Below, one piece after another: positions 1-11,175 of a DNA stretch of 64,000 nt; the first letter of the stretch is position 1; every line of letters begins with the position of its first letter. The stretch spans positions 7,880,771 to 7,944,770 of the forward strand of contig CAJINV010000004.1 of the NCBI GenBank assembly GCA_905178155.1. Direction: 5' to 3'. The notes under the pieces are model-generated. The model saw nothing but the letters and a program-made list of their open reading frames with translations, ran no database searches and had not been told where the DNA came from. A program made the position numbers and the translations under genes. The stretch comes from Amoebophrya sp. A120 (taxonomy: Eukaryota > Protista > Dinoflagellata).

Positions 1-924
1 CCCCGAGGGAGCAACTCGGGGGGGCGGCAGCGTTGCCAGCAACGAAAGGGGCCCGGCCTTGCGCGAACATGCCGAGCCGGGCGGCCCCAGTGCCAGCCCC
101 CAGGGGCTGGCCTCGCTGAACAACGGTGGGCGCTCGCGCTCTTGTTCCCGAGAAAATGCGCCGGGCGCCAGCGCCCCAACCCAATGCGGCAGGCGGCGCG
201 GACGGCCCGCAATCTTGCCCGCGGCGCCCTGTGCCTCGCCGCCCCGGGCAGGCGGGTGGCCGCGCGCAGGGTGGCGCCCGGACTTGACGGAAGCAGCTTC
301 GGCCCAAGCTTCCCCAACCTCAGGTACCGCGGAAAACGCCAGGAGGGCCGCCGGCATGCAACGAGCGGCAGGCGGCCGGCGGTTGTTGCCTAAAAAATGG
401 ACTACGGATTGGCTGACGCCTGCCTCGTCGCGGTCCGCTCCGGAAGGGAAGATGGCATCCTTCTCGCAGGGGCCGAGATTCATTCTCTGCACACTCTTGA
501 GCCTTCGCGCCGGAGCATCTTCAGTCTGTACATGCGTCCTGTTCTTCCATTTCCATCAAGATTCAAGACGAGCCATGGCTTTCTATTGGTGAAGGCAATG
601 TAACAGTAACACCGGAGAGGGTTACATTCTGTGCAGGCGGTCAGAGAGCGACAAAAAGTGCTACCTAATGTGTGTGGAGGGCATCAAGGTAGTATGCAAA
701 GAACTCAGTGGAGAAGGCGAGTGAAGAGACGAGTGTCAACGCTGATCTTGGTGCACAGCATGATACTACGCACTATACGTTCATTTTATTCCGTGTGATG
801 TCGTCTCGTGTTTTTCTCGTACGTAGGCCGCCACATTATACAGAGCCGTCCGACGAGCGCAAAGAAAATAAAGGCGCAAAGAACCTCTACAAAAAGCCGA
901 ACCACGACGGCGTCTTGAACAAAA

Positions 925-3900
925 ATGCCCGCATCTTCGCCCATCATGCCCCGCAGCACGGACCATGTTGCACCCAGACCCAGCGCTCCTTTCATTGTGG
1001 TCAAGCAGAGCCAGGTTCCGGTTGTGTCAATAACTTCGCCGCTCCGAATCGCAGAAGTCGCTCTGGCCGCGCACCAGTGCCGGGTCGTCTTGGGCTACGA
1101 TGCGTCGCAGCTCGCGCAGCTGCGTTTTGAGCGTACTCTATTAGATCGAAATTATACGGAAATAATATAATAAAGTGTGTACGTGTAGTTTTGTGTAGTT
1201 GTCAAATGCCAGTATAGATCATTTGTTGTTCGTTCTTGAACCATTGTAAAAACCAGATGTAAAAAATAAATACACACCACCACAACCCAAGAACTACAAT
1301 CGGAACTCTCAGCCGTCTCGCCCGGCGCAAACCCGCCCAGCGCTCCCGTGAAGCTCAACGCCGAGACCTCGGTGATCGACGGGGCCGAGCTCACCCAGGA
1401 TAATCTGCTGTTTCTAAAGCCCATATGTATTGCAAATATGTCTGGGTCTGGAAGAGTGGAACTTGTAGTGCTGTCTGCGGATTCTAAAAATATCTGTGTT
1501 GCATGAGCAGCAAGAGGAGTCAGCTCTTGGTACGCGGAGATGGCATTTCTCATTCGTAGTTAGCATGAAGAAGCTTTGTTCAAAAAATCTGTGATGCTAG
1601 AACAAGCATCACAGACCTCACGGGTCATGCAAAATGTGCATGACAAGGCCCGACTCTTCCAGACCCAGATATATTTGCATTTGATAGCCCACGCGGGACG
1701 GCAACTGGCTGGCCTTTCACTTTGCGGACCGGAGGGAGGTATGAACTGCAAAAGTATCGTACTCATATTGCAATCATACATTACAAGTTTTCTTCTCAAG
1801 TCAAATCCGCATTACAAATTTTCTTTCTCATGCTGAGGAAATTTGTAATGCATTTATAGTATACGAGTACGATACTTTTGCAGTTCGTAGGAGGCGGAAA
1901 CCTGGCTGGCGGCCTTCAAGGAGTGTCGGGCACAGTATAACAGTGCACAACTCCCCCTCCCCCTCATTCGTATTGCATGAGCAGCAATAGCAATACAAAC
2001 GCCAGCGACCCTGGAGCCTGCGCATGACAAATTTATGCACCTGCTGTCGTACTGTTTGGGCTTTCGAAATTTGTCATGCAAACAGTGCCACAGGGCAGCG
2101 ACTGGATTTGGGATTTTGCATGACAAATGAGGGGGAGGGGGAGTTGTGCACTGTCATACACAGGACGGCCGCATCGCGGGCGCGGTGGCGGCGCAAATCA
2201 TGGCAAACAGCTATCCGGGAGCAGGCGGGAGCGTGGCCGGAGGGGGTGGTATCTATTATTTCAGATGTTGCTGCTGTCCTGTGAAGATCGTGTGCAAGAA
2301 AATCGTTGTTGCGCCTTCTACTTGGGTTTTTTGGGACAACGAAAATCATGCTCTTGCACTGGCAGCTCTGCACATTCATATATTCATTTTTTTATCGAAA
2401 AGTTAAATTTACCACATACACATGGACTACATGTAGATCCCCGCAGCACGACCCCGGCGGCCGTCCACTCCTCGCCCTCACTGCAAGCTCGTGACTCCTC
2501 TTTGTCTCGCGTGCCAGCGGGAGTCATCCCGGCGTCTGCACCTATGGCTGCGACCACGTCCCCTCGGACCTATAACGACCGCGCGTCCGCTTACGCCGCT
2601 GCCGAGGAAGTCAGACTCGAGCTCACACGACGGATGCAGAGTCAGGGCGGAGCTACGGGGGGACATCATCAACAGGGTGGCCCTTTCTCAAGTAGTTTGG
2701 GAACAACAGTAGTAGCATCACCGATCCGAGGAGCAGATCCTGCTGCTGCTGCGTTCAACGTCCCAGGCTCGACGTCGACCACTAGTAACAACCCAGTACA
2801 GCAAGAAACACTTAACGTCGCAACCAGCCCGGCTCCTGTGGTAACAACTGTAGTGCAAAGCGCGGGGGGCACGTCGACGATCCTGCACAGCCAGTATCAA
2901 ATGCAAATATGTCTCGGCGGTCTGGAAGAATGCAAGTTGGTAGCAGAACTCTTAAGGTTGTCAATGTCATGCACGTTTTTACCCAAAAGCCACAGCAGCT
3001 TTTGATGCTCTAGGTAGACAACTACACCTAGCAACTCAGAAATTTGTCATGCTGCGCTGTCATTTGTGGCGTCCTCATGATTTCTTTTCGCCAGTCGGCA
3101 TCACAAGTTTCCAGAGGACCGAGGCATATTTGCAGATGATAGCCAGCCGGCGACACCAATTGCTGGTGGAGGCGGTGGAGGGATTTATGCTGCTGGCACG
3201 TTAGTATGCATTGCAAATATGATCCCTAGAGGTCTGGAAAAAATGGGACTTCTGATGCTCGCTGTCGATCACACAAAAATCTGTATTGCATGAGAGGCAA
3301 GAGGCACTCAGATAGATTGTTGCCACGACCCGGAGAGCAGGGCATTTGTCTTCATGCAAGATACTAGGCATGAGCAAACCTTTGCGAGGAACGCTGTGAA
3401 GATGCTAGAGCATGCATTACAGGCATCGGCGGCCTGCATGTACCATTTCCATGACAAACTTCCGCCCGAAGCTTCCAGACCCAGACGACGTATTTGCACT
3501 GGATAGTTGGTGTCGACGCCGGGAGGTGGGGATCATGGTGCCCCCACACTGCAGTATCAACTCTTTAACGGTAGCAAGCAGGTTGTTTCTGACCACGAGT
3601 CCAGTAGCCGCGTCACCACGTCGGATAAAGGTATAGAAATAAAAATACGAATACCACGACGAAGCCGTTTATTGATGTATGAAACTACCTATATAAAAAG
3701 TAAAAGAGGTTATTTGCATACGCAGGGCAGATTGATGATGTCCACTGTGTTCTGCATGGCAATTTGAAATTGCCTGGCAACAAGTTGAAATTGCTCGTCA
3801 CCTGCTAATATAGGCGACCGCGAATCCTGGGTGCCCGTTGGTCCGGTCCCCGGGGTCTTCGTTTCCGCCACGCCACCGGTTGTTCCAGATCATCAACAGC

Positions 3901-6900
3901 GTCCCATTAGTATGAACTGCAAAAGTACCGTACTCGTAGCGATTGCAGTCATGCATAACAAATCTTTTTCTTGAGGTAAATCCGCATTACAAATTGTATT
4001 TCTCATGCTGAGGAGGTTTGTAATGTATATATACGAGTACGATGCTTTTGCTTTTGCAATGCATAATTAGTACCTCGTCCGTGATCCTCCAAGACGGGAT
4101 TCCCCGCGATCTACCGCTCCGCACCATCGAGGCCACGAAGAGCGCACCGCCGGGGGTCAACCTTCCATTGCCTCCTGCTGGTGCTGCAATTGCAACGTCT
4201 ACAGGTCGTGGCGGCCATAGCACGCCGAGAGCTTCAAATAACGATGGGATTGTCGTGCCAATGATACTACCACCGAGAAGTGGTGCTGCTCCTACAACTG
4301 TGGTCGGAGGAGGTCCAAACACGACGACCGTGCCCAACTTTGCTGGAAACAACGCGTCCACAACACCAGGCCCACTTTCCCCCGAACGTAGGCCCCACAC
4401 TAATGTACCAAACCCGAATGCACCGCAAAGCAGCAGTAGCAGCAGTCGGTCCCCAAGAACCACGGCCGAGGACGAGAACCGCAAGTTGCACGCTGAGATT
4501 ACGCGGCTGACGAGCTTGTGGATGGAAGCGCTGGATTATGAGAGCGCACAAGAACTCCCTTTACTTCCCCCTCATTTTTAAAATGCAAAATATTTTTACC
4601 CAAGATCCGCATCTTGCCTGTAGGCAGGTTCTGCATGCCGAATTTTGGACCCGCGAAGTAGACAGAGTACTACAAAAATCCGTGTGCAGATGTGTCATGC
4701 GCATGAAGCCACGTAAAAATAGCTGCCGTTGCTTGTGTTGCAGTTTCTTGCCATACAAATGAAACCAGAGGGAGCAGGGGGGGTTATTTCTTCTTCGCTG
4801 TCATATGGATGAAGTAGCGATGCACGCGAAGCAGATTGACCAACTGCGCGGCAAGGTAACGGAGTTGGAAAGGGATAAGGAACAAGCTGCTGTTTCATCC
4901 CAACTGCAAGAAGAACAAACACCAGGGCAGCAGCTGCAGCAGCCTGTTCCAGACCAACATAATTTCTACCAACAAGAAATCACGAACCTGCAGGCACGGT
5001 GTGTGCAGTTGGATGAAGATAAGCGGAATCTAGAGCTGGAAATTTTCCAGCTGACTTCCGAGAAAGCGAACAGCGGATTTTTGCAAACGGAGCGCGTTTC
5101 CCACGATTTGGAAACTTTGAAAGAGGAAAACAGCAGGTTGAGAGAAGAGATGGAAAACCAGAGAAGGCAGTATGACGAGAAAATGGAAAATTTCGCGCAG
5201 CATTTCTACCAAGAAATCGAGAACCGGGACCGGCAACTGCAGCAGTTTGACATGCAACTGACGGAAAAAGAGCTATGAACTAGAAAAGTATCGCACTCGT
5301 ATGAATGCATTACAAATTGCCTCAGCATGAGAAATAAAATTTGTAATGCGGATTTACCTTAAGAAAAAGATTTGCAATGCTTGACTGCTATACGAGTACG
5401 ATACTTTTGCACAGGATCAGAGCAGCAGTTTCGCGAATTCGAGGAAAAACAATCGAACGACGGTATCAATTGCAAATATTTCGATCTGAGTCTGGAAGAC
5501 TACAAACTTGTGATGCTGTGTTTGAATTCTAAAGAAATCTGTATTGCATGGGTAGTAAAATAATGAGTCCCACTCTTGCTACGCGAAGAGAGCTGCATTT
5601 GTAATGCGGGATAAGCATGATCAAGATGTCCTTTAAAAATTGTGATGCTAGGGTGTACATCACAGACATCATGGCTCATGCAAAACGTGTATGACAAGTT
5701 CGCACCCTTTTAGAGGACCCAGATCGATATTTGCAGTTGATAGACGGACTGCTGTACCAACTCCGCGCCGAGATGGACCGGTTACAGGTCGCGAATAGTA
5801 GAATTGAAGCGGAGAAAACCACCACTTTTCAGGAGGTCGAGCAACTGGCGCAGCAGCGGAACGCCCATTTGGCGATCATAAAGCAACTGGTACAGTTTTT
5901 GCTTTCGATGGATTGGAATGCATGAATACCATAATGCAATACTTCATGAAGCATTTTGATATCTCCAGCTCTTGCCTCCTGGATCAGCATTGTTTTTAAA
6001 TACAAAATTCATCTCACCCGAACCACAATACGAATATTTGTACAGGTATCAACTGTAAAAATGTCTGGGTCTGGAAGATTCTGACACTTGTCATGCACGT
6101 TTTGCGTGAGCCATGATGTCTGTGATGCATCCCCTAGCAATACATATCTTTTGAGGGCTTCTTGATGCGTATTCCGGATGACAAATGCCTTCTCAGCGTA
6201 GCAAAAATTGCCTTTCCTTTGGTACTCATGCAATACAAATTTTTTTAGAATCCAAATGCAGCATCACAGGTTGCATTTTTCCAGACCCAGACATTTTTAC
6301 ATTTGATAACAGGTGCAAATGTTTGTCGACGCTCGGTTTCAGAACCACGGCGACCAACGTATGACCTGCTCAAACGTTACAATCTCAAGCGTTACAATAG
6401 AATCTTGGTTTTGCATTGCATGAGGAGCATGACAGACTCGGACAGCATTCCACTTTCTGCGAATGCAAATTTCGCCAGATTGTAGTGCGGCTTGAGACTC
6501 CAGAACTTGTCATGCGCAATCCTATGAGAGAGATTTGGCTAGATAGTGCACTTCTTGCAACACAAATTCCAGATTCTATGGTAACCGATTTGAGATTGTA
6601 ACACCTGAGCAGGTCATACAACGCACTCGGCAGGAGGCACAGAAGTTGGCGGAGGCTATTGGGAGCATGTGCAGTGTGGAGGAGGGTTTGAAGGATCTTC
6701 AGGACTTGGTACTTCCAGCATCTTCGGATATTAGCACTGCAGCGGGAATACATAATGCAACCACGTCGACAATCCTGGCACCTGGTGCACAATTATCAGC
6801 TGCAACGTCGACTCTGCTGCATAGGAGCCCGGCCAAGATTCACGCATCGGCGATCAGGAGTACAAGAAGTCCAAGCTTGCCGCCCGGAAATGGAGCAGCA

Positions 6901-9409
6901 GTGGCAGCAGCTTCAGCTGGTACAGTATCAACTGCAAAAATGTCTGGGTCTGGAAGATTGCAACTTGTCATGCTGTCCTTGGATTCAAAAAAAATCTGTA
7001 TTGCGTGAGCAGCAAAGGGAATGTAATTTCTGCTACGCGGAGAGAGCATTTGTCATGCGGAATAGGCATCGCGAAGCCCTCAAAAAATCTGTCATGCTAG
7101 GGCATGCATCACAGACATCATGGCCCATGCAAAACATGCATGACAAGTCTCAGAATCTTCCAGACCCAGACATTTTTGCATTTGATATACAGGTACTAAC
7201 TACAACACGGGTAGTAGAACTATGGTTGGTGGAGCCCGACCATCGTCTTCCTCGGTCGCCTATGCATTGCAAAAGTATCGTACCTGAGTATAAATTGCAT
7301 TTTGCAAAAATAAATTGGCAGCTCAGCATGACAAATGGAATTTGTCATGCTGGAGTCTAGCTTGTTGGAAAAATAGGGATTTGTAAATGCATGAATGCGA
7401 TTACGTACAAGTGCGGTACTTTTGCAGTGCATATCGCGGCCAGCAACAGCGAGCTCACGGTGATGACGGTGGTGCAACAGCAGCAACCACAACAGCTAGG
7501 ACTAGTACTACAACCTCCAGGGGGGGATGTTCATATCAACTGCAAAAGTATCGTACTCGTATAAATGCATTACAAATTTCCCCAGCATGAGAAATAAAAT
7601 TTGTAATGCAGATTTACCTTAACCAAGGGATTTGCAATGCATGATTGCAATACGAGTACGATACTTTTGCACAGGATGAGGATAGTTCATGTTCTTGAAC
7701 AATTTCCCAATGGTGCTGACCACAGAGCTATCAAATGTAAAAATGTCTGGGTCTGGAAGAATGCAACTTGTCATGCTAAATCTGAAGCATGCAGAAATCT
7801 GTGTTGCATGATTGCCAAAAGTCGTCCAGTTTTGACCAAGTTGAGAGGGAGTTTCTCATGCAGGATAGGCATGATAGAGCCCTCAAAGAATCTGTCATGC
7901 TGGGTCTCGCATTCCAGACCTCATGGGTCATGGAAAACCTGCATCACAAATCTTGCATTCTTCCAGACCCAGACATTTTTGCAATCCATAAGAGCAACGT
8001 CGGCAACAGGAGGTTCGGTAGCTATTTCCCCAGGTGGACGAACTACAGCACAAGGTCCTGCTCTTGCACCAACAGCCGGATCCGGTTATGGATCACCCGA
8101 CCCGCGCAGCCTCTTTGTCCCCGCGGACCCCTACATCAAGCCGGCGCCGGGTACACAATTGCACTACGCGAAACTCCCTCCACATAAAAATTCTGGCGGT
8201 GCAGCGACGCCGCGGTCGCCCCGCCTGCTGAGGTTTGCGTCTCCGCTGTCGTCACCAACACGGCAAAACAGGAATGGCGGTGTGGAGGTGCGACAATCTT
8301 TTTCCTTCTACAATCGACACAAGTTGCAAAAATGAATAAATCTGCTTCAAAATACACTTGCAAAACCTACGTCCTCAAATAGAAGTAGAAACAGGATAAT
8401 GTAAAAATCTACGGCAGGAGGCTTTGACCACGCGGACGCCACCGCCGCACCGCACCCTAGTAACGACGCAGCATGGAGGCTTTGATCCAGTTCGGCGAAA
8501 CATGATATCGTCGAGAAAAAAAGCGCCTAGTGAGCTGCATCGTCATTCATGGTAAATGCACCCCTAGTAGCGCAATAGGATAAGATAAAGTTTCGTATAC
8601 AAATTTCAGCTACGGGAGGTGTTGGCTTTAGGTTTGTCATGCAGAAGTGTGCAGACCTGACTGAAGCTGCTACGCGATCGTCTTTCTCGAGGATAGGTAA
8701 CACCATCGCCCAACAAGGAGATTTATCAGCCGCCGGCGGGACCAATGCTCACGGTTCACAATTATTATTCGCTTGCTTTAATACTGCTTTGTTGAAGGAA
8801 GTTCTGATGCGCATAGGGATAGGTGTAATGCACACCATCGCATTTGTGTTGCGTGCAGGTTGTATTCTGTGTGCGAATTATATATGAAAGAAATTATCGT
8901 CCCACCTCGCAACTAGACACGCCACACGATGCTGACCCCGGCGCGCGGTCTTTCCAAGGATATCGAGCGGACGTTTCACACACTCGCTACCGAAGGCGAG
9001 CGCATCAGGGGTCGCTCGGTCTCGCCCAGAGGTGTCACGGGCGTACATCAACCGCGGCACGAGGTGCTCTACTACTCCGGTGGTATCCAAGAAAATGACG
9101 TTGTTGGTGTAAACTTGTGATGCGCAACATGCAAGATGATTGCGTCTGTCATGCTTGGCATGCATCGTAGTGTCCATCAAAGGGCGTTTTCACGTACTAT
9201 CTGCGCATGACAGGTTTTTGCTGTCATGCAAGACAAATTTGCAATGCTGTTCCTCCAAAAAAGTTACACTTACAATGTTTTTTTCTTGGATAGGTGACAC
9301 CGCAACACCAGTGGCACAAAGCAGCATCGGACCAGCACCAACCGCTAGTAGTACCCCACTGTACGCAAATACAGCGAGCGGCTACGGGTACCTATTTCGG
9401 CCACAGTAG
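925..9409 (+). CDS. Multi-exon gene (23 exons, ~1199 aa): N-terminal PH-like domain, low-complexity region, central coiled coil
   Basis: Exons 925-1132,1313-1423,1692-1739,1895-1935,2164-2248,2437-2894,3147-3204,3511-3630,3814-3910,4071-4536,4811-5273,5424-5463,5748-5889,6313-6359,6624-6925,7193-7260,7439-7533,7690-7728,7996-8287,8418-8505,8701-8753,8917-9083,9298-9409 total 3600 nt and stay open after removing 17 TIR elements (each plus one TSD) and the GT-AG introns. LLFLKPTRDGNWLAFHFADRREAETWLAAFKEC resembles the last strands and Trp helix of a PH fold. 4811-5889 is a Q/E/L-rich heptad region. Confidence 0.7.
1424..1686. mobile_element. Introner family A (TIR TATNNNNTGCAAAWATGTCTGGGTCTGGAAG)
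   Basis: TIRs; TSD gccca/gccca. Confidence 0.92.
1740..1889. mobile_element. Introner family B (TIR TATNNNNTGCAAAAGTATCGTACTC)
   Basis: TIRs; TSD ggagg/ggagg (GT-AG compatible). Confidence 0.92.
1936..2158. mobile_element. Introner family C (TIR TATNACAGTGCACAACTCCCCCTCCCCCTC)
   Basis: TIRs; TSD cacag/cacag. Confidence 0.92.
2895..3141. mobile_element. Introner family A (diverged)
   Basis: TIRs; TSD gccag/gccag. Confidence 0.88.
3205..3505. mobile_element. Introner family A (diverged)
   Basis: TIRs; TSD gttag/gttgg. Confidence 0.85.
3911..4065. mobile_element. Introner family B
   Basis: TIRs; TSD attag/attag. Confidence 0.9.
4537..4805. mobile_element. Introner, divergent family C-like
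   Basis: tatgagagcg...cgctgtcata; TSD tggat/tggat; removal restores the frame. Confidence 0.8.
5274..5418. mobile_element. Introner family B (opposite orientation to 1740)
   Basis: TIRs, ends ATC; TSD agagc/agagc. Confidence 0.88.
5464..5742. mobile_element. Introner family A
   Basis: TIRs; TSD gacgg/gacgg. Confidence 0.88.
6047..6308. mobile_element. Introner family A inserted at the acceptor of a canonical intron
   Basis: TIRs; TSD acagg/acagg. Confidence 0.9.
6360..6618. mobile_element. Introner family H (TIR TATGACCTGCTCA...GTTACAATCTCAA)
   Basis: ~45-bp TIR; TSD caacg/caacg. Confidence 0.9.
6926..7187. mobile_element. Introner family A
   Basis: TIRs; TSD tacag/tacag. Confidence 0.92.
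7261..7433. mobile_element. Introner family B
   Basis: TIRs; TSD tcgcc/tcgcg. Confidence 0.85.
7534..7684. mobile_element. Introner family B
   Basis: TIRs with a small duplication in the right end; TSD gttca/gttca. Confidence 0.88.
7729..7990. mobile_element. Introner family A
   Basis: TIRs; TSD agagc/agagc. Confidence 0.92.
8506..8695. mobile_element. Old introner, family F-like
   Basis: tatcgtcgagaaa...tttctcgaggata; TSD decayed (catga/ggtaa); removing the element plus 5 nt restores the frame. Confidence 0.65.
9084..9292. mobile_element. Introner family F (TIR TATNNNAGAAAA)
   Basis: tatccaagaaaa...ttttcttggata; TSD ggtgg/ggtga (GT-AG compatible). Confidence 0.82.
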
Positions 9410-10229
9410 GAGGATTGTTTCTGTGGGCAGAAAGTGAATACGAAAAGTGTCCTCCGTGTTGGTCGTGTTCATGTGGGATACAGCTTATGTGGTGCACTTC
9501 TCGTTGGTCGCGATGAAAATGAAATTGATTTCAACTTCAAGGCTGCTCTTCCTATTGCAGTATGAAGCAAAAAATTAATGTCTGTATTTTTATGCCGTGC
9601 CGTTGGCCGTCGCGTGTACATTACCAGATTTTATTGTCCACCTGAGTCGAACTAACCGGTATATTACGAAGATCGTTTTTTCCTGAGAATGATAAATTAT
9701 GACACTTAGCAGTTACAGTAGTCTGATTAGATGCTCAATGTTGATACTGATTGACATACCGAAGGCAAATTGGAGACTCAACCAGCGTCTTGTTTCTTTA
9801 AACCAATACTAAATGAAAGTAGCAGTATGTTTCGTCGTGCCAAACAGCTGTACAATAGTTATTTCCATGGATCTTTATCACAAAAGTAGTAGAAATGCCA
9901 CCTCATGTTGTGAGTGTAAAAGAAATTTGGGTATACTTACAAGAATTCATGTGCCGTGTAATTTACAAGAAGAGTCTGAATCATGTGAATGACCGAACAA
10001 ATAACGGATGCGCATGTACTACATGACATGCTTTGTTGTACACGGGGTGGACATGTGTGGAAAAGCAGGATACCTAGTGTGTTCCGAAGATGTCCTCGTT
10101 CTTTCACAGCTTGCTTCAATCAAAGCCTGAATTTTGCACCAGCATCGACAGACAAAGACTATACGAAAATAAATAGCCGCAGGTGTTATTTTGCTAAAAC
10201 TCAGTGTCAGTCTCACATCAAAGAGGAGT

Positions 10230-11175
10230 ATGTCAGTACTACCTCCCCGCGGTAGAAATAAAATATGCGTCCTCGCGGTCTTCGCGTTGCTTTCGCATGG
10301 CGTGGTTTTCTTTCTAGCGCTCGCGGCAAAAACCACTCGGAAAAATAAACGCCGAACCCCACCGCAGCAGCCGCCACCTGAGATGATTCCGCCGGAGCTA
10401 GCAGCAGGAGTAGGGCCGCCACCGCCGCATCTGACAGGGGCTCCCGCAGGTAGTTCCAAGGATGGCACTGAGATGTTTCGCTGTGACGCGTGCCAGATCA
10501 GTCTGACCAGGCTCCGGGACGACGTGCAGTATTTAATCCAGAAGGAGCGTATGCTGTGCAAATATGTCTGGATGTCTGGAAGAGTGTAACTTGCGACGCT
10601 GCATTTGGATGCTAAAAAAAAAGATCTGAATTGCATCAACAGCAACTACAGGAGTCTTCACATGTGGCTAAGCGGAGAGGAGATTTATTGTCATGCGGAC
10701 ACGGCGCATCGATAACTAAGCGCTCAAAAAAACTGTGATGCTCGGGCAACAACATACATCACAGACATCATGGGTCATGGAATATTTAACTGTGCAACGA
10801 CAAACTTTTCTTCTTCCAGACCCAGATCGACGATATTTGCATACGATAGAGCGCGCGTGGAAAAAGCAAGATCTGCTGAAACGGCTCGACATGATGTGCC
10901 AGGACCCCGCGATGAACGAACAGTACGCGCAGCAGCAGTGTCGCAGCTTTCTGTCCGACCGGAAAAGCCAGATCGCCTCCTTGGTTCGTGAGCGCCAGGA
11001 CCCGGACAAGGACGCGTTTGAGGACAACTTTCCGGACGTGAAAAAGCTCTGTCTGGACTGGCACGAGTGCGTCCCGGGGCAGAAAACTCTGAACGAAATT
11101 CTCAGCGAGATGCCGGCTCCGGGGGAGGAAAAAGCCGCACATGACCCGGCCAAAGTTGGAGCGGACGAATTGTGA
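10230..11175 (+). CDS. Saposin-B-like / Canopy-like ER-luminal protein (~213 aa)
   Basis: Exons 10230-10549 and 10854-11175 (642 nt). Hydrophobic signal peptide, CDAC followed by four more Cys in saposin-like spacing, C-terminal ADEL retention signal. Confidence 0.7.
10550..10848. mobile_element. Introner family A
   Basis: TIRs; TSD gagcg/gagcg. Confidence 0.9.

Noticed and set aside
1-603. GC-rich ORFs at the window start
   Set aside because: Overlapping Arg/Ala/Pro-rich frames without recognisable motifs; openness is explained by GC content.
3550-3630. Apparent element start cag|tatcaact at 3555
   Set aside because: No matching right TIR or TSD; the frame continues to a GT donor at 3631.
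1424-7990. CRISPR-like array suggested by recurring ~30-bp repeats with 40-60 nt unique spacers
   Set aside because: The repeats are inverted pairs bounding 150-300 bp elements, the spacers are in-frame exons, and there are no cas genes.
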